Notes: generated by a model from the letters alone, not told the origin. DNA of 64,000 bases from Candidatus Omnitrophota bacterium (GCA_003598025.1 QZKH01000002.1:74133-138132); one strand, 5' to 3'. Positions 1 to 9,410 are shown, counted from the first letter of the stretch. Numbers and translations: made by a program.

Positions 1-1
1 T

Positions 2-217
2 ATATATGTTGATACAAGCGGGGATACTACAAAAGCAAATTTTGATGCCGCGCTTGAATTATTCGGGCCTAAGCATATTTTATGGGGAAGTGACTGGCCG
101 GCTAAGAAGGATATAAAAGCAGGGATTAATGCGGTGAATAATTTGGAGATTACAGAAGAAGATAGGAAGGGTATTTTAGGTTGTAATTTATTGAGTATTT
201 TTAATTCTATTGATTAA
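2..217 (+). CDS. amidohydrolase-family protein, C-terminal fragment (5' end outside window)
   Basis: Frame is open from the window edge to TAA at 215-217. Hand translation ...FGPKHILWGSDWPAKKD...GILGCNLLSIFNSID resembles the C-terminus of amidohydrolase_2-type metal hydrolases. Confidence 0.45.
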   Translation: MYVDTSGDTTKANFDAALELFGPKHILWGSDWPAKKDIKAGINAVNNLEITEEDRKGILGCNLLSIFNSID

Positions 218-337
218 ATTTAAGAAAGCTTAACGATCCGCTTTTGTTGCATAGCACGGAGAGAACTTAAAAAATAATCAAGGTAAGCATAATGTGTTAA
301 GTCTTTCTTATCGTTAGCTAATATTAAGGAGAGCAAA

Positions 338-673
338 ATGAAAGATTTTCTGCAGAAAATAATGAAATCTTGGACTTGTAGACACGATATTTTTATATTA
401 TATATTCTTGTGCTATTGTCCTATATGGGTCTCCTATTGAATTTAAGACTCATATCACGTTTGGCAAATATTATCAATAGGATTTCAGTGGTATTAGACG
501 CTTCCAGGATGAGGACCGAAGTTACATCAATACAATTATCAGAACTCACGCAAAAAATTGACTTGTTAAAGATCAGTTATGAAAATGTTATGACATTAGT
601 TCATACATTCTTAATTATAATAGGTGCTCTTCTTATATTTGTAACAGTCAGTCAATTATTTAAGAAACAGTGA
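338..673 (+). CDS. hypothetical membrane protein
   Basis: 111-aa ORF preceded by AAGGAG about 7 nt upstream. Two hydrophobic segments. No recognisable family. Confidence 0.4.
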   Translation: MKDFLQKIMKSWTCRHDIFILYILVLLSYMGLLLNLRLISRLANIINRISVVLDASRMRTEVTSIQLSELTQKIDLLKISYENVMTLVHTFLIIIGALLIFVTVSQLFKKQ

Positions 674-758
674 TTTAATAATGAGCTGGATAATTCTATT
701 AATAAGTAAAGTCGATGTTGGAGTCAGTAAGTGATCAAGTAAGCGAAAGGATACAATT

Positions 759-1511
759 ATGCAGATGCAAAAAGAAGTCCATCTGACCGGTAAAGATTTA
801 ACACAAATGGTCCAGCTTAGGCCTGAAGATGTGGGAAAATATGCGATTGTGCCCGGGCCAAAAGACAGGCTCGATGTACTCATGAAAAAAATTGAGAGCC
901 CGATAAAGAATTTCTCATTTATGGAATATACCATGTATACCGGGACTTACCAGGGGATAAAAATTACCGGGATCAACGGCGGAAGGTTTTCAACGGATAC
1001 TGCAATTACTTCCGAAGTCATGTGCAATGCCGGAATAAAAAACATTATCAGGATCGGCACCTGCGGTGCACTGGATGAAAATATAAGAGTCGGCGATCTT
1101 TTCATCGTTGACGAAGTGATCCGGGGAGACGGCGTTACGCCGTATTATGTTGATAAAGATTTTAAGACGCAGGCTAATAAAGAGATAAGCGATGTTGTAT
1201 ACCATATTGCTAAGAGCAAAGGGCTTAATGTGCACCGCGGTACTGCCTGGACAACAGATGCGCTTTTACGCGAGACAAGGGAGATAGTCGAAGCAAAACG
1301 CAAGGAGGGCGCGCGTGCCGTAGATATGGTCTCTTCAACACTTTTAACGATCGCCCAGGTACACAATGTTAAAGCAGGTTCAATTCTGGCAGTAAGCGAC
1401 AATGTTATAACAGGTGAGATGGGCTTTATGAATCCTTTGTATTACATGGCAGAGACAAATCTTATTAATATTGCTTTGGAGGCCGTAAAAGAGCTTGAAG
1501 CCGCTTCTTAA
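759..1511 (+). CDS. nucleoside phosphorylase, PNP/UDP_1 family (candidate MTA / 5'-deoxyadenosine phosphorylase)
   Basis: 250 aa. Motifs IRIGTCGALD, RAVDMVSSTL and ILAVSDNV are typical of DeoD/Udp-type phosphorylases. It sits first in a cluster with an MtnA-like isomerase and a class II aldolase. Confidence 0.7.
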   Translation: MQMQKEVHLTGKDLTQMVQLRPEDVGKYAIVPGPKDRLDVLMKKIESPIKNFSFMEYTMYTGTYQGIKITGINGGRFSTDTAITSEVMCNAGIKNIIRIGTCGALDENIRVGDLFIVDEVIRGDGVTPYYVDKDFKTQANKEISDVVYHIAKSKGLNVHRGTAWTTDALLRETREIVEAKRKEGARAVDMVSSTLLTIAQVHNVKAGSILAVSDNVITGEMGFMNPLYYMAETNLINIALEAVKELEAAS

Positions 1512-1544
1512 TCAAGGAGGGACGGTTCTTAGATTAAAGCAGAA

Positions 1545-2507
1545 GTGTCCCTAATAAAAAGGATATGGCACATGAAATATTCACCACTATTTTGGCCAAT
1601 CAGATTGCAGGGTAATAAAATAATTGTTTTGGATGAAACCCTGCTTCCGCACAAGCTGAACTTTATTACCGTCAGGGATTATAAAGACTCATGCCGCGTA
1701 ATCAAACAGATGAAAACCCGCGCAATAGGCCAGGTCTTGTTAGTTTTCTATACCTTCTTGCTTATCCTCAAGCAAAATAACGCCAAGAAAAACACGTTGC
1801 CATTACTCAAGAAGATAGCTAATGCCTTAAATTCAACACGGCCTACACTTTCATTCAAATATATTACCGATATGGTCTTAAGCTGGGCCCAGGCAGATGG
1901 CAAACTCGAGAAAAAAATATTAAGCTTCCTGGAGATGCTTAAAAACATGCGTATAAGGCAAGCTAAAGACTTAAGTAAATTGATTAAGAATAATGACGCA
2001 ATACTTACCCATTGTAATATCAGCGGGCTCTTAAGCCTTGCAGCGGATTTTTCTAGAAAAGAAAAGAAAAAGATCCGTTTTTATGTTACTGAAACCCGGC
2101 CATACTTACAGGGTTCGCGCCTGACTGCCTGGGAATTAAAGAACTCCGGTTTTGATGTTACGGTAATAGCCGACAATATGGTTGCCCAGGTAATGAAAGA
2201 AGGAAAAATATCAAAAGTTGTCGTCGGTGCAGACCATTTAGCGCGAAACGGAGATATCGCAAATAAAATCGGGACTTACCAGATAGCGTTGCTTGCCAAG
2301 CACTTTAAAATACCTTTTTATGCGGTTTGCCCTCCGGCATCTAACGCCAAGGCAGGGAGCGATATAAAGATTGAAATAAGGCCCGAAGATGAATTACTGG
2401 TTTTTAACGGGAAGAAAATCGCTCCTGAAGGCGTAAACGGTTATTATCCGGCATTTGATATTACGCCCGATAAATTGATCACTAGGCATATTTACATGGG
2501 GATTTAA
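1545..2507 (+). CDS. mtnA: MtnA-like sugar-1-phosphate isomerase (eIF-2B alpha/beta/delta family)
   Basis: 320 aa. Contains VVVGADHLARNGDIANKIGTYQIALLAK, the hallmark of methylthioribose-1-P / ribose-1,5-bisP isomerases. The start is uncertain: GTG 1545, or ATG 1566 or 1572. Confidence 0.7.
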   Translation: MSLIKRIWHMKYSPLFWPIRLQGNKIIVLDETLLPHKLNFITVRDYKDSCRVIKQMKTRAIGQVLLVFYTFLLILKQNNAKKNTLPLLKKIANALNSTRPTLSFKYITDMVLSWAQADGKLEKKILSFLEMLKNMRIRQAKDLSKLIKNNDAILTHCNISGLLSLAADFSRKEKKKIRFYVTETRPYLQGSRLTAWELKNSGFDVTVIADNMVAQVMKEGKISKVVVGADHLARNGDIANKIGTYQIALLAKHFKIPFYAVCPPASNAKAGSDIKIEIRPEDELLVFNGKKIAPEGVNGYYPAFDITPDKLITRHIYMGI

Positions 2508-2508
2508 T

Positions 2509-3504
2509 ATGAGTGAAATAGATTTAGCCAAAGAGCAGATAATCAAAACAGGGAAAAGATTATATGAAGCCGGGCTTGCGGTTGCAAAGTCAGGGAATTT
2601 GAGCATAAAGATAGACCCTAAAACTATCCTTATAACAGCTACTTCAACGGCTTTGGGTCAGCTGAGCCCGGAAGATATTGTTTCGGTAGAATTAGATAGC
2701 CTTAAGTGCAGCGATAGAAATAAACCCAGTTCTGAACTCCCCTTGCATAGCCTCATCTATAAGAATTCCGCAGCTTGCGTAGTATTACATGCGCACCCGC
2801 CGTTAATTAACGGTTATTTTGCGGTAAATGATAATCTTGAGGCAATGACTTTTGAAACCAGGTTTTATTTAGGTAATGTCCCGGTCATAAAACAGGATAC
2901 CCCCACCGTTACTAACCCCGCACCCGTAATCGAGGCGCTGAAAAATAGCAATATAGTTGTCTTAAAAAACCACGGTGTGGTGTCTATTGCTGATAATTTT
3001 AAGGATGCACTTGCTTTAGTCGAGGCCCTTGAAGAAGCAATAAAATCAGCAGTGGTTGCCAGGCTGTTCAGCAAAGGCAACTTAAGCAATGCCGAAGAGG
3101 TCATTAAAGAAAGATTATCTTCTGATAAGGTATATCCTATGTTTTCAAAAGAGCATATACAGGCAATAGTCGATTTGGTCAATGATGACGATTTTATTGC
3201 CCAAAAGGGCAAGGAGCTTGATTTGACTGTAAACCTTGCAATAAAGCTTAACGAAACAAATCAGGCGTATAAATTTAATTTTGATAAAGGAAAGATAATC
3301 AGGCTGGACTGTGATGCGGATGCTCCTTTTGTAATTTCAGCTCCTGCGGCAGTCTGGGAACAGGTATTTTTAGGCAAGCTCGATTCATTTGTAGCTGTTA
3401 CGCAGGGGAAGATGAAATTGGAAGGCCAATTGGGCCAGCTTTCAAAATGGTATGTGCCCTTTAGCCGGCTCTTCGAAATATTTAAGCAGGTGAAATTTAA
3501 ATGA
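2509..3504 (+). CDS. class II aldolase/adducin-domain protein (MtnB/Ald2/FucA-like) fused to a C-terminal SCP2 domain
   Basis: The N-terminal ~200 aa carry GNLSIK, SELPLHSLIY, VLHAHPP and VVLKNHGVVSIA (class II aldolase fold with His ligands). The C-terminal ~100 aa (APFVISAPAAVWEQVFLGKLDSFVAVTQGKMKLEGQLGQL) match the SCP2 sterol-carrier pattern. Confidence 0.75.
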   Translation: MSEIDLAKEQIIKTGKRLYEAGLAVAKSGNLSIKIDPKTILITATSTALGQLSPEDIVSVELDSLKCSDRNKPSSELPLHSLIYKNSAACVVLHAHPPLINGYFAVNDNLEAMTFETRFYLGNVPVIKQDTPTVTNPAPVIEALKNSNIVVLKNHGVVSIADNFKDALALVEALEEAIKSAVVARLFSKGNLSNAEEVIKERLSSDKVYPMFSKEHIQAIVDLVNDDDFIAQKGKELDLTVNLAIKLNETNQAYKFNFDKGKIIRLDCDADAPFVISAPAAVWEQVFLGKLDSFVAVTQGKMKLEGQLGQLSKWYVPFSRLFEIFKQVKFK

Positions 3505-4982
3505 ATACTAAATTATTAATAAACGGCCAGCTTATCGAGACGAAGCAAAAGGAAAGAATCCTGAACCCTTCAACAGGCAGGGTTATTGAAGAAGTTTCTC
3601 TTGCTTCAAAGGCTGAACTGGAGAATGCCCTTGAGTCAGCGCGCATTGCTTTTGACCGTGGCCAGTGGCCAAGGCTGGGGTATGATGAAAGAAGGGAATT
3701 CATCCTAAAGATTAAGCAGGGTATTTTGGATAATGCAGCAGAGTTGGCAAAGATAGAGACGCTTAACACCGGCAAGCCGATAAAAGAAACAACATTTATG
3801 GATATCCCGTCTTCGGCTAAGAGCTTTGAGTATATGGCGGATAATTTTGAGAAGTTCCTGAGTGAAGAGAAAATATCTATACAGCAAGAGGCAGAGTGCA
3901 GGCTTATGCGTTCGGCCCGCGGCGTAGCCGTATTGATAATCCCATGGAATTATCCTTTGTTAATCGCCTCCTGGAAACTCGCCTCTGCGCTGTGCGCAGG
4001 TAACACCGTGATTTTAAAACCTTCAAGCCTGACACCTTTAAGTGTTTTAGAATTAGCCAGGATCATACATGATATAGGCTTTCCAAAAGGAGCGGTAAAT
4101 ATTATAAACGCGCCAGGCGCCGAAGCCGGCCAGCTGCTTTGCGCAAGCAAGTCAGTTGATATGGTATCATTTACCGGTAGTAACGAGGTCGGCCGGCAGA
4201 TAATCAATTATACCTCCACTAATGTCAAGAAACTGATAATGGAGTTAGGAGGTAAATCTGCCAGCATTATTATGGATGATGTGGACCTTGATGTTGCAGT
4301 AAACAGCAATCTATGTTCGATATTTCTGAATCAGGGCCAGATGTGCACGGCGATGTCACGCATACTCGTTCATGAAAAAATTTACGATAAGTTTGTTGAA
4401 ACCTTTGTCAGAAAAACCAGGTCAATAAAACTAGGGCAGGGAGAAGATTTTCAGACTCAAATGGGGCCGTTGATCTCGATTTCACAGATAAAGAAAATCA
4501 TTACTTATATAGATAAAGCAAAAAAAGAAGGGGCACACGTTTGTTGCGGAGGCAGGGCGCCGGAAGACCCTTCCTTAAAAAATGGGTTTTATTTTGAACC
4601 GACCGTTATTACTAATGTAAATGCGCACATGGAGGTATTTAAAGAAGAGGTCTTTGGGCCGGTTGTCTGTATTATGAAATTCTCTTCCATAGCTGAAGCG
4701 GTTGAAATAGCTAATAACAGTGATTTTGCTTTGGCAGCGTCTATTTGGACCAATAATAAGGAAGTTTCCGATGAGATAGCAAATAAGATAAACGCCGGCA
4801 TTATCTGGATAAATACTTACGGTATGTTTTACAATCAGGCTCCTTACGGCGGTTTTAAGCAGAGCGGTTTCGGTAAAGAGCTTGGCCGGGAAGGTTTTCT
4901 TGAATATACCGGGCTTAAGAATGTCATAGTTGACCGGAACCCGCAAGGCAAGCCTCTGGTAAACTACTGGTATGGTTTTTGA
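3501..4982 (+). CDS. NAD(P)+-dependent aldehyde dehydrogenase
   Basis: 493 aa. Contains ELGGKSA and FLNQGQMCTA (catalytic Glu/Cys motifs) and FTGSNEVG. The ATGA overlap with the upstream gene suggests translational coupling. Confidence 0.9.
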   Translation: MNTKLLINGQLIETKQKERILNPSTGRVIEEVSLASKAELENALESARIAFDRGQWPRLGYDERREFILKIKQGILDNAAELAKIETLNTGKPIKETTFMDIPSSAKSFEYMADNFEKFLSEEKISIQQEAECRLMRSARGVAVLIIPWNYPLLIASWKLASALCAGNTVILKPSSLTPLSVLELARIIHDIGFPKGAVNIINAPGAEAGQLLCASKSVDMVSFTGSNEVGRQIINYTSTNVKKLIMELGGKSASIIMDDVDLDVAVNSNLCSIFLNQGQMCTAMSRILVHEKIYDKFVETFVRKTRSIKLGQGEDFQTQMGPLISISQIKKIITYIDKAKKEGAHVCCGGRAPEDPSLKNGFYFEPTVITNVNAHMEVFKEEVFGPVVCIMKFSSIAEAVEIANNSDFALAASIWTNNKEVSDEIANKINAGIIWINTYGMFYNQAPYGGFKQSGFGKELGREGFLEYTGLKNVIVDRNPQGKPLVNYWYGF

Positions 4983-5227
4983 TGAAGCTTAAACTGAATT
5001 TATACCCGATAGCATCGGACTTAGAGGGTAAAATAGATGAAATCCTAAATAAAGCAGTTGAGAACCGTGCTAAGCTTATCGAAATAGCTTATGGCAAGGC
5101 GTCAGAGGATATTAAAAAAAGGATACTGAATTTTCTAAACCGTAAAGATAAGCGTATTCTTTACCACCGTCTTGAAAAATCAAAAGAGGGGTGGGGAAGG
5201 ATATACATTCATTTTAGGTGGAAATAA
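4982..5227 (+). CDS. small Smr-like domain protein (tentative)
   Basis: 81 aa. The pattern LNLYP...IEIAYGKA...IKKRILNFL...GWGRIYIHF loosely follows the Smr layout (LDLHG...GKG...GG.G). The ATG at 4982 is preferred over the TTG at 4979. Confidence 0.3.
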   Translation: MKLKLNLYPIASDLEGKIDEILNKAVENRAKLIEIAYGKASEDIKKRILNFLNRKDKRILYHRLEKSKEGWGRIYIHFRWK

Positions 5228-5244
5228 TTAACAAGGAGGCGGAT

Positions 5245-5649
5245 GTGGGTAATAATTATTCCGGGCAAGAGAGGCGTAAGTTTAAAAGAGTTAAGATAAA
5301 CCTGGTAGTAGTTTATCATCCTGACAGGCCTTTGGACGTGGTGGTCATGCAGGGGTCTAAAGAGGAAAGGGCTACTATGCTTGATATAAGCCAGGGCGGT
5401 ATGTCAATCCTGGCAAAGACAAATATCCCCATTTCAACTAATGTATGGATAAAATTTACGCTTATGAGTTCGGACAAAGACCATGCCGATTTCTATGGCA
5501 ATATGGAAGTGAAAGGGCAGGTGCGTTACGGCATAGCTGAGCCCGGCGGTCGATACAGGCTGGGTATAAGCTTTTTGGGTTTGAACGAAAAAGACAGTAT
5601 AAACATCTCCAGCTTTGTAGAATCGTTAGAAAAAGGCAAAAAGAGTTAA
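5245..5649 (+). CDS. PilZ domain protein (c-di-GMP binding)
   Basis: Contains RRKFKR (RxxxR) and DISQGG (DxSxxG). GTG 5245 lies 5 nt after AAGGAGG; the track start at 5218 has no RBS. Confidence 0.75.
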   Translation: MGNNYSGQERRKFKRVKINLVVVYHPDRPLDVVVMQGSKEERATMLDISQGGMSILAKTNIPISTNVWIKFTLMSSDKDHADFYGNMEVKGQVRYGIAEPGGRYRLGISFLGLNEKDSINISSFVESLEKGKKS

Positions 5650-7167
5650 ATGGATATTATTAAAACACTGCAGGAGCGTATAAACACAGATGCCGATAAA
5701 CCGGCTATAATTTTTCGAGGCGGCCAGATATCTTTTAAGGAATTAATAACCAAGGTATATTCTTTAGCAGACAGCCTCGCAAAAATCGGCGTTAAGAATT
5801 CAGATAAAGTAGCTATATACCTGCCTAATTGCCCTGAATATTTCATAAGCTACCTGGCGGCATGGTGTATGGGGTTGGCGGTTGTCCCCTTAGACTATAT
5901 GCTTACCGAAGATGAATTGAATTCGTGTATTGGGCATTCAGAGGCAAAAGTGCTTATCGCCAGGCAGAAACCGGTGATATCACTAAATAATATAAAATCC
6001 AGAAACACAAAGCTTACCCATATTATTGTATCTAATCCTTCTGATAGCGGATTCCTTAAATTCGATGATATGTGTGTTACCTATAAGGCAGGCCCGAAAA
6101 AAGCTTATTCAGAAAAGGATTATGCGATTATTTTTTACACATCAGGCACTACCGGTAAACCCAAGGGTGTCCTGATAAATTACCGTCAATTAGGCGCTCC
6201 CGTACAATCAATGAGTTTTTTTACGGATTTAAACGACAAGGATATTGCCTTGTGCGCATTGCCCTTTTCTCACCTGGGAGGCCTGATTTATATCTTAAAC
6301 TGTGTTTCTTTTGGCATTACGGTTGTGCTTATGGAGCGGTTTAGCCCGTTAGAGTTCCTCAAAAATATAGAGGCCTTTAAGGTGAGCTGCTTCTGGATAG
6401 TGCCCTCGATGTATTATGCCTTCCTTCAGTTAAAAGAATTTGAAAATATCGATCTTTCTTCGCTCAGATGGATAGTTACTTTCGGGGCCTCAAATTCCCC
6501 CGAGGCATTAAGAAGGTTCCATAAATATTGCCCGAGTGCTTATATTTTAAACGGCTGGGGCCTGACCGAAACGAACGCCCCAACTACGGTTCTGCCTATG
6601 GGCTCAAATAAAATCGAGAGTGTAGGCCGTCCTGCCCCGTGGATCGAAGTGAAGATATTTTCCGCAGAGGGTTTGGATACGCCGGACAAAGAATTGCCAA
6701 GAGGCGAAATAGGCGAAATTGTTGTCAAAAGCTGGGTGGTTACTGACGGATATTATAAAGATGAGAACCTTACGCTTCAGACGATCCGTAACGGATGGTT
6801 CCATACCGGAGACCTGGGCAGGTTTGATGACGATGGGCACCTATACATTGTCGGCAGAAAAAAAGAAATGATAAAAGTCGGGGGAGAAATAGTTTTTGAG
6901 CCCGAGGTTGAATCAGTGATTTACAGCCATCCGGATGTAAGCGAAGCAGCTGTTATAGGAGTAAGCGATAAACTAAGAGGCGAAGTACCCAAGGCCTTCA
7001 TTGTCCTTAAAGAAGGCAGGCAGCTTTCAGAGGAGGACATAAGATTTTTCTTAAGACAGCATCTTGCGCATTTTAAAATCCCGCATTATTTCGAATATAA
7101 GGAAAGTCTCCCTAAGAACCGGACAGGCAAGATTGATAAAGAAGCGCTCAGGACAGGTTCTTATTGA
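5650..7167 (+). CDS. AMP-dependent acyl-CoA synthetase/ligase
   Basis: 505 aa. Contains YTSGTTGKPKGV (AMP-binding motif), GWGLTE, TGDLGRFDDDGHLYIVGRKKEMIK and a C-terminal PKNRTGKI. Confidence 0.85.
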   Translation: MDIIKTLQERINTDADKPAIIFRGGQISFKELITKVYSLADSLAKIGVKNSDKVAIYLPNCPEYFISYLAAWCMGLAVVPLDYMLTEDELNSCIGHSEAKVLIARQKPVISLNNIKSRNTKLTHIIVSNPSDSGFLKFDDMCVTYKAGPKKAYSEKDYAIIFYTSGTTGKPKGVLINYRQLGAPVQSMSFFTDLNDKDIALCALPFSHLGGLIYILNCVSFGITVVLMERFSPLEFLKNIEAFKVSCFWIVPSMYYAFLQLKEFENIDLSSLRWIVTFGASNSPEALRRFHKYCPSAYILNGWGLTETNAPTTVLPMGSNKIESVGRPAPWIEVKIFSAEGLDTPDKELPRGEIGEIVVKSWVVTDGYYKDENLTLQTIRNGWFHTGDLGRFDDDGHLYIVGRKKEMIKVGGEIVFEPEVESVIYSHPDVSEAAVIGVSDKLRGEVPKAFIVLKEGRQLSEEDIRFFLRQHLAHFKIPHYFEYKESLPKNRTGKIDKEALRTGSY

Positions 7168-7173
7168 ATCCGG

Positions 7174-8199
7174 ATGAACATAAATAATTTCAACCTTGAA
7201 GAGTTGGAGAAAGTGTTGCGCGAATGTGGTCAGCCTGTTTTTCGCGCCCGGCAGATTTTTGCCTGGGTACATAAGAGGAAAGTCTTTGATTTCGGAAAAA
7301 TGTCGGATATGCCGTCAAGCTTAAGAGAAAAACTCAAAAATAAATATTCTATTCAGGATTTAAGCATAAGGAACATAACACGGTCAAGAGACGGAACGCA
7401 AAAATACCTTTTTTCTTTGAATGATGCCAATCTTATTGAAGCGGTGAATATCCCTGCGGCAGGCAGGGTTACGGGATGCGTTTCTACGCAAGCCGGCTGC
7501 AGGTTTGCTTGTAAATTTTGCGCAAGCGGAATTCAGGGATTTGTCAGGAACCTGGAATGTTCTGAGATAATTGAGCAGATTCTTGTCCTTGACAGAGATG
7601 CTTCCGGCGGCCTCACTAACCTCGTTTTTATGGGCACAGGCGAGCCGTTAGATAATTACGATAATGTTATCAAGGCGGCAAGGATAATAAATTCGCAATA
7701 CAGCATTAATCTTGGCGCAAGGAAGATAACCATTTCAACTTCCGGTGTCATTGCCGGCATAGAGCGTCTCAGTAACGAAGGGCTGCAAATCGAACTATCG
7801 GTTTCTTTGCATGCTGCAGATGATAGGACAAGGTCAAGCCTGATGCCCATAAACAAGGTTTATCCTCTAAGTGATCTGATTAAAGCCTGCAGAAAATATA
7901 CCGAGAAAACTAACCGGCAGATAACTTTCGAATACATCCTTATTAAGGGCATTAATTCTACATTGCAGGATGCGCTTAATTTAGTTAAAGTATTAAAAGG
8001 GTTATCCACAATCAAGGTTAATCTTATAGTATCTAATATCGTAGAAGAATCCGGACTTGAGCCGGCGGGCCTGAAAGATGCCGCTGCTTTTAAAGGGTGC
8101 CTTATTAAACACGGCATAAACGTGACGCTGCGTAAGCCGCGCGGACAGGATATTGATGCTGCCTGTGGGCAATTGAGGTTGAGATATGGGGAAGGATAG
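7174..8199 (+). CDS. rlmN: dual-specificity RNA methyltransferase RlmN (radical SAM)
   Basis: 341 aa. N-terminal FRARQIFAWV, radical-SAM CRFACKFCASG, FMGTGEPLDN, and C-terminal DIDAACGQL. Confidence 0.9.
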   Translation: MNINNFNLEELEKVLRECGQPVFRARQIFAWVHKRKVFDFGKMSDMPSSLREKLKNKYSIQDLSIRNITRSRDGTQKYLFSLNDANLIEAVNIPAAGRVTGCVSTQAGCRFACKFCASGIQGFVRNLECSEIIEQILVLDRDASGGLTNLVFMGTGEPLDNYDNVIKAARIINSQYSINLGARKITISTSGVIAGIERLSNEGLQIELSVSLHAADDRTRSSLMPINKVYPLSDLIKACRKYTEKTNRQITFEYILIKGINSTLQDALNLVKVLKGLSTIKVNLIVSNIVEESGLEPAGLKDAAAFKGCLIKHGINVTLRKPRGQDIDAACGQLRLRYGEG

Positions 8200-8866
8200 T
8201 TCACTGTTCATAGTTCATAGTTCATGGATTAAGGCGGCAAATTTTATCTTGGCCTTATTTTTATTCTTTGGGATCATCGGGTGTCAGAAGAGGGATATAA
8301 AGAATATTGATTCTAAGGGCACGAATATCATTTGTTTCGGGGATAGCATAACCTTTGGTTACGGCGTTGACCCGGATAAAAGCTATCCTGCGGTTTTAGC
8401 CGGCATAACGCAGTGGCAGGTCATTAACGCAGGGGTAGATGGCGATACTTCAACCGATGGCTTAAACAGGATTAACAAAGATGTTTTAGAAAAAGACCCC
8501 TTACTTGTTGTTATTGAGTTCGGCGGTAATGATTTTCTCAAGAAAATACCAAAAACGCAAACCGCTGAAAACGTAAATAAAATGATTGATCATATACATG
8601 GACGCGGCTCAATGGTAGCGTTGTTAGATATAAGTACAGGCATTTTACTTAGCGATTACCATAAGCTTTTGAAAGACATAGCATCAGAAAGAGGCGCTAT
8701 TTTTATCCCAAAGATTTTAACAGGAATAATCACTAACCCCAGTATGAAGAGCGATTTCCTGCATCCTAATGAAAATGGTTACGCTGTTATCGCCCAACGT
8801 GTTTACCGCACAATTATCCCTTACCTGAATAGGAATTTTACTTTAAAGAGCATCGCCAGCAAATAA
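8186..8866 (+). CDS. SGNH/GDSL hydrolase lipoprotein (TesA/arylesterase-like)
   Basis: Contains ICFGDSITFGYG (block I Ser), GGNDF (block III) and a lipobox FGIIGC. GAGG sits 7 nt before ATG 8186. The N-terminal residues SSLFIVHSSW are encoded by the heptamer array at 8199-8226. Confidence 0.8.
   Translation: MGKDSSLFIVHSSWIKAANFILALFLFFGIIGCQKRDIKNIDSKGTNIICFGDSITFGYGVDPDKSYPAVLAGITQWQVINAGVDGDTSTDGLNRINKDVLEKDPLLVVIEFGGNDFLKKIPKTQTAENVNKMIDHIHGRGSMVALLDISTGILLSDYHKLLKDIASERGAIFIPKILTGIITNPSMKSDFLHPNENGYAVIAQRVYRTIIPYLNRNFTLKSIASK
8199..8226. repeat. tandem heptamer array GTTCACT GTTCATA GTTCATA GTTCATG
   Basis: Read directly from the sequence: four contiguous 7-nt units. Member of the dispersed family (see findings). 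Confidence 0.9.
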
Positions 8867-8896
8867 AAGTATCTCTTTATTTTAGCCGGTGTTTTT

Positions 8897-8905
8897 TGAT
8901 ATAAT
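8897..8905 (+). promoter_or_regulatory. candidate extended -10 promoter (TGaTATAAT) for the pilin operon
   Basis: TG at 8897-8898 and TATAAT at 8900-8905, about 25 nt upstream of the 8930 start. No good -35 hexamer. Confidence 0.35.
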
Positions 8906-8929
8906 AATATTTAAGCATATACTTTTATA

Positions 8930-9409
8930 GTGATGAGAAATATCCTTCACACGCCAATCCCTGAGAAAAGATATCGGGCCAGGGCTTTTGCCCTGGTAGA
9001 GACGCTTCTTGCCACGGCGATAATGGTGTTTGGGCTTTGCGCGATACTGATAACCTACATATCCTGCCTTTTACTTATTACTACCGCTAAGAACATTAAT
9101 ATAGCTACTAATGCTACGTTAAGCCTGATGGAGGGGATACGCAGCAGCGATTTTACACAGATATCCGCTAATTATAACGGATTAAATTTTGTTTTAAACG
9201 ATATACCTTTAAGCAGGGGAGTAGTTTATGTTGATGATACAAATGCCGAGCTTTTACAGGTGGATATAAGCGTGTGTTGGCAGCAGGGTAACAGGGTAAT
9301 CGGAGAAGATGCAAATTTAAACGGTATGCTTGATCCGGGAGAAGATGTAAATGGTAACGGGATCATTGATTCCACGGTAAAGGCGACAACTTTAATAGCC
9401 AACAGGTGA
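8930..9409 (+). CDS. type IV pilin-like minor pilin (PilV-like)
   Basis: Contains RA-FALVETLLATAIMVFGL, a prepilin-type N-terminal motif with the conserved Glu at +5 (Ala instead of Gly at -1). The C-terminal DANLNGMLDPGEDVNGNGIID looks like Ca-binding loops. Confidence 0.6.
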   Translation: MMRNILHTPIPEKRYRARAFALVETLLATAIMVFGLCAILITYISCLLLITTAKNINIATNATLSLMEGIRSSDFTQISANYNGLNFVLNDIPLSRGVVYVDDTNAELLQVDISVCWQQGNRVIGEDANLNGMLDPGEDVNGNGIIDSTVKATTLIANR

Positions 9410-9410
9410 T

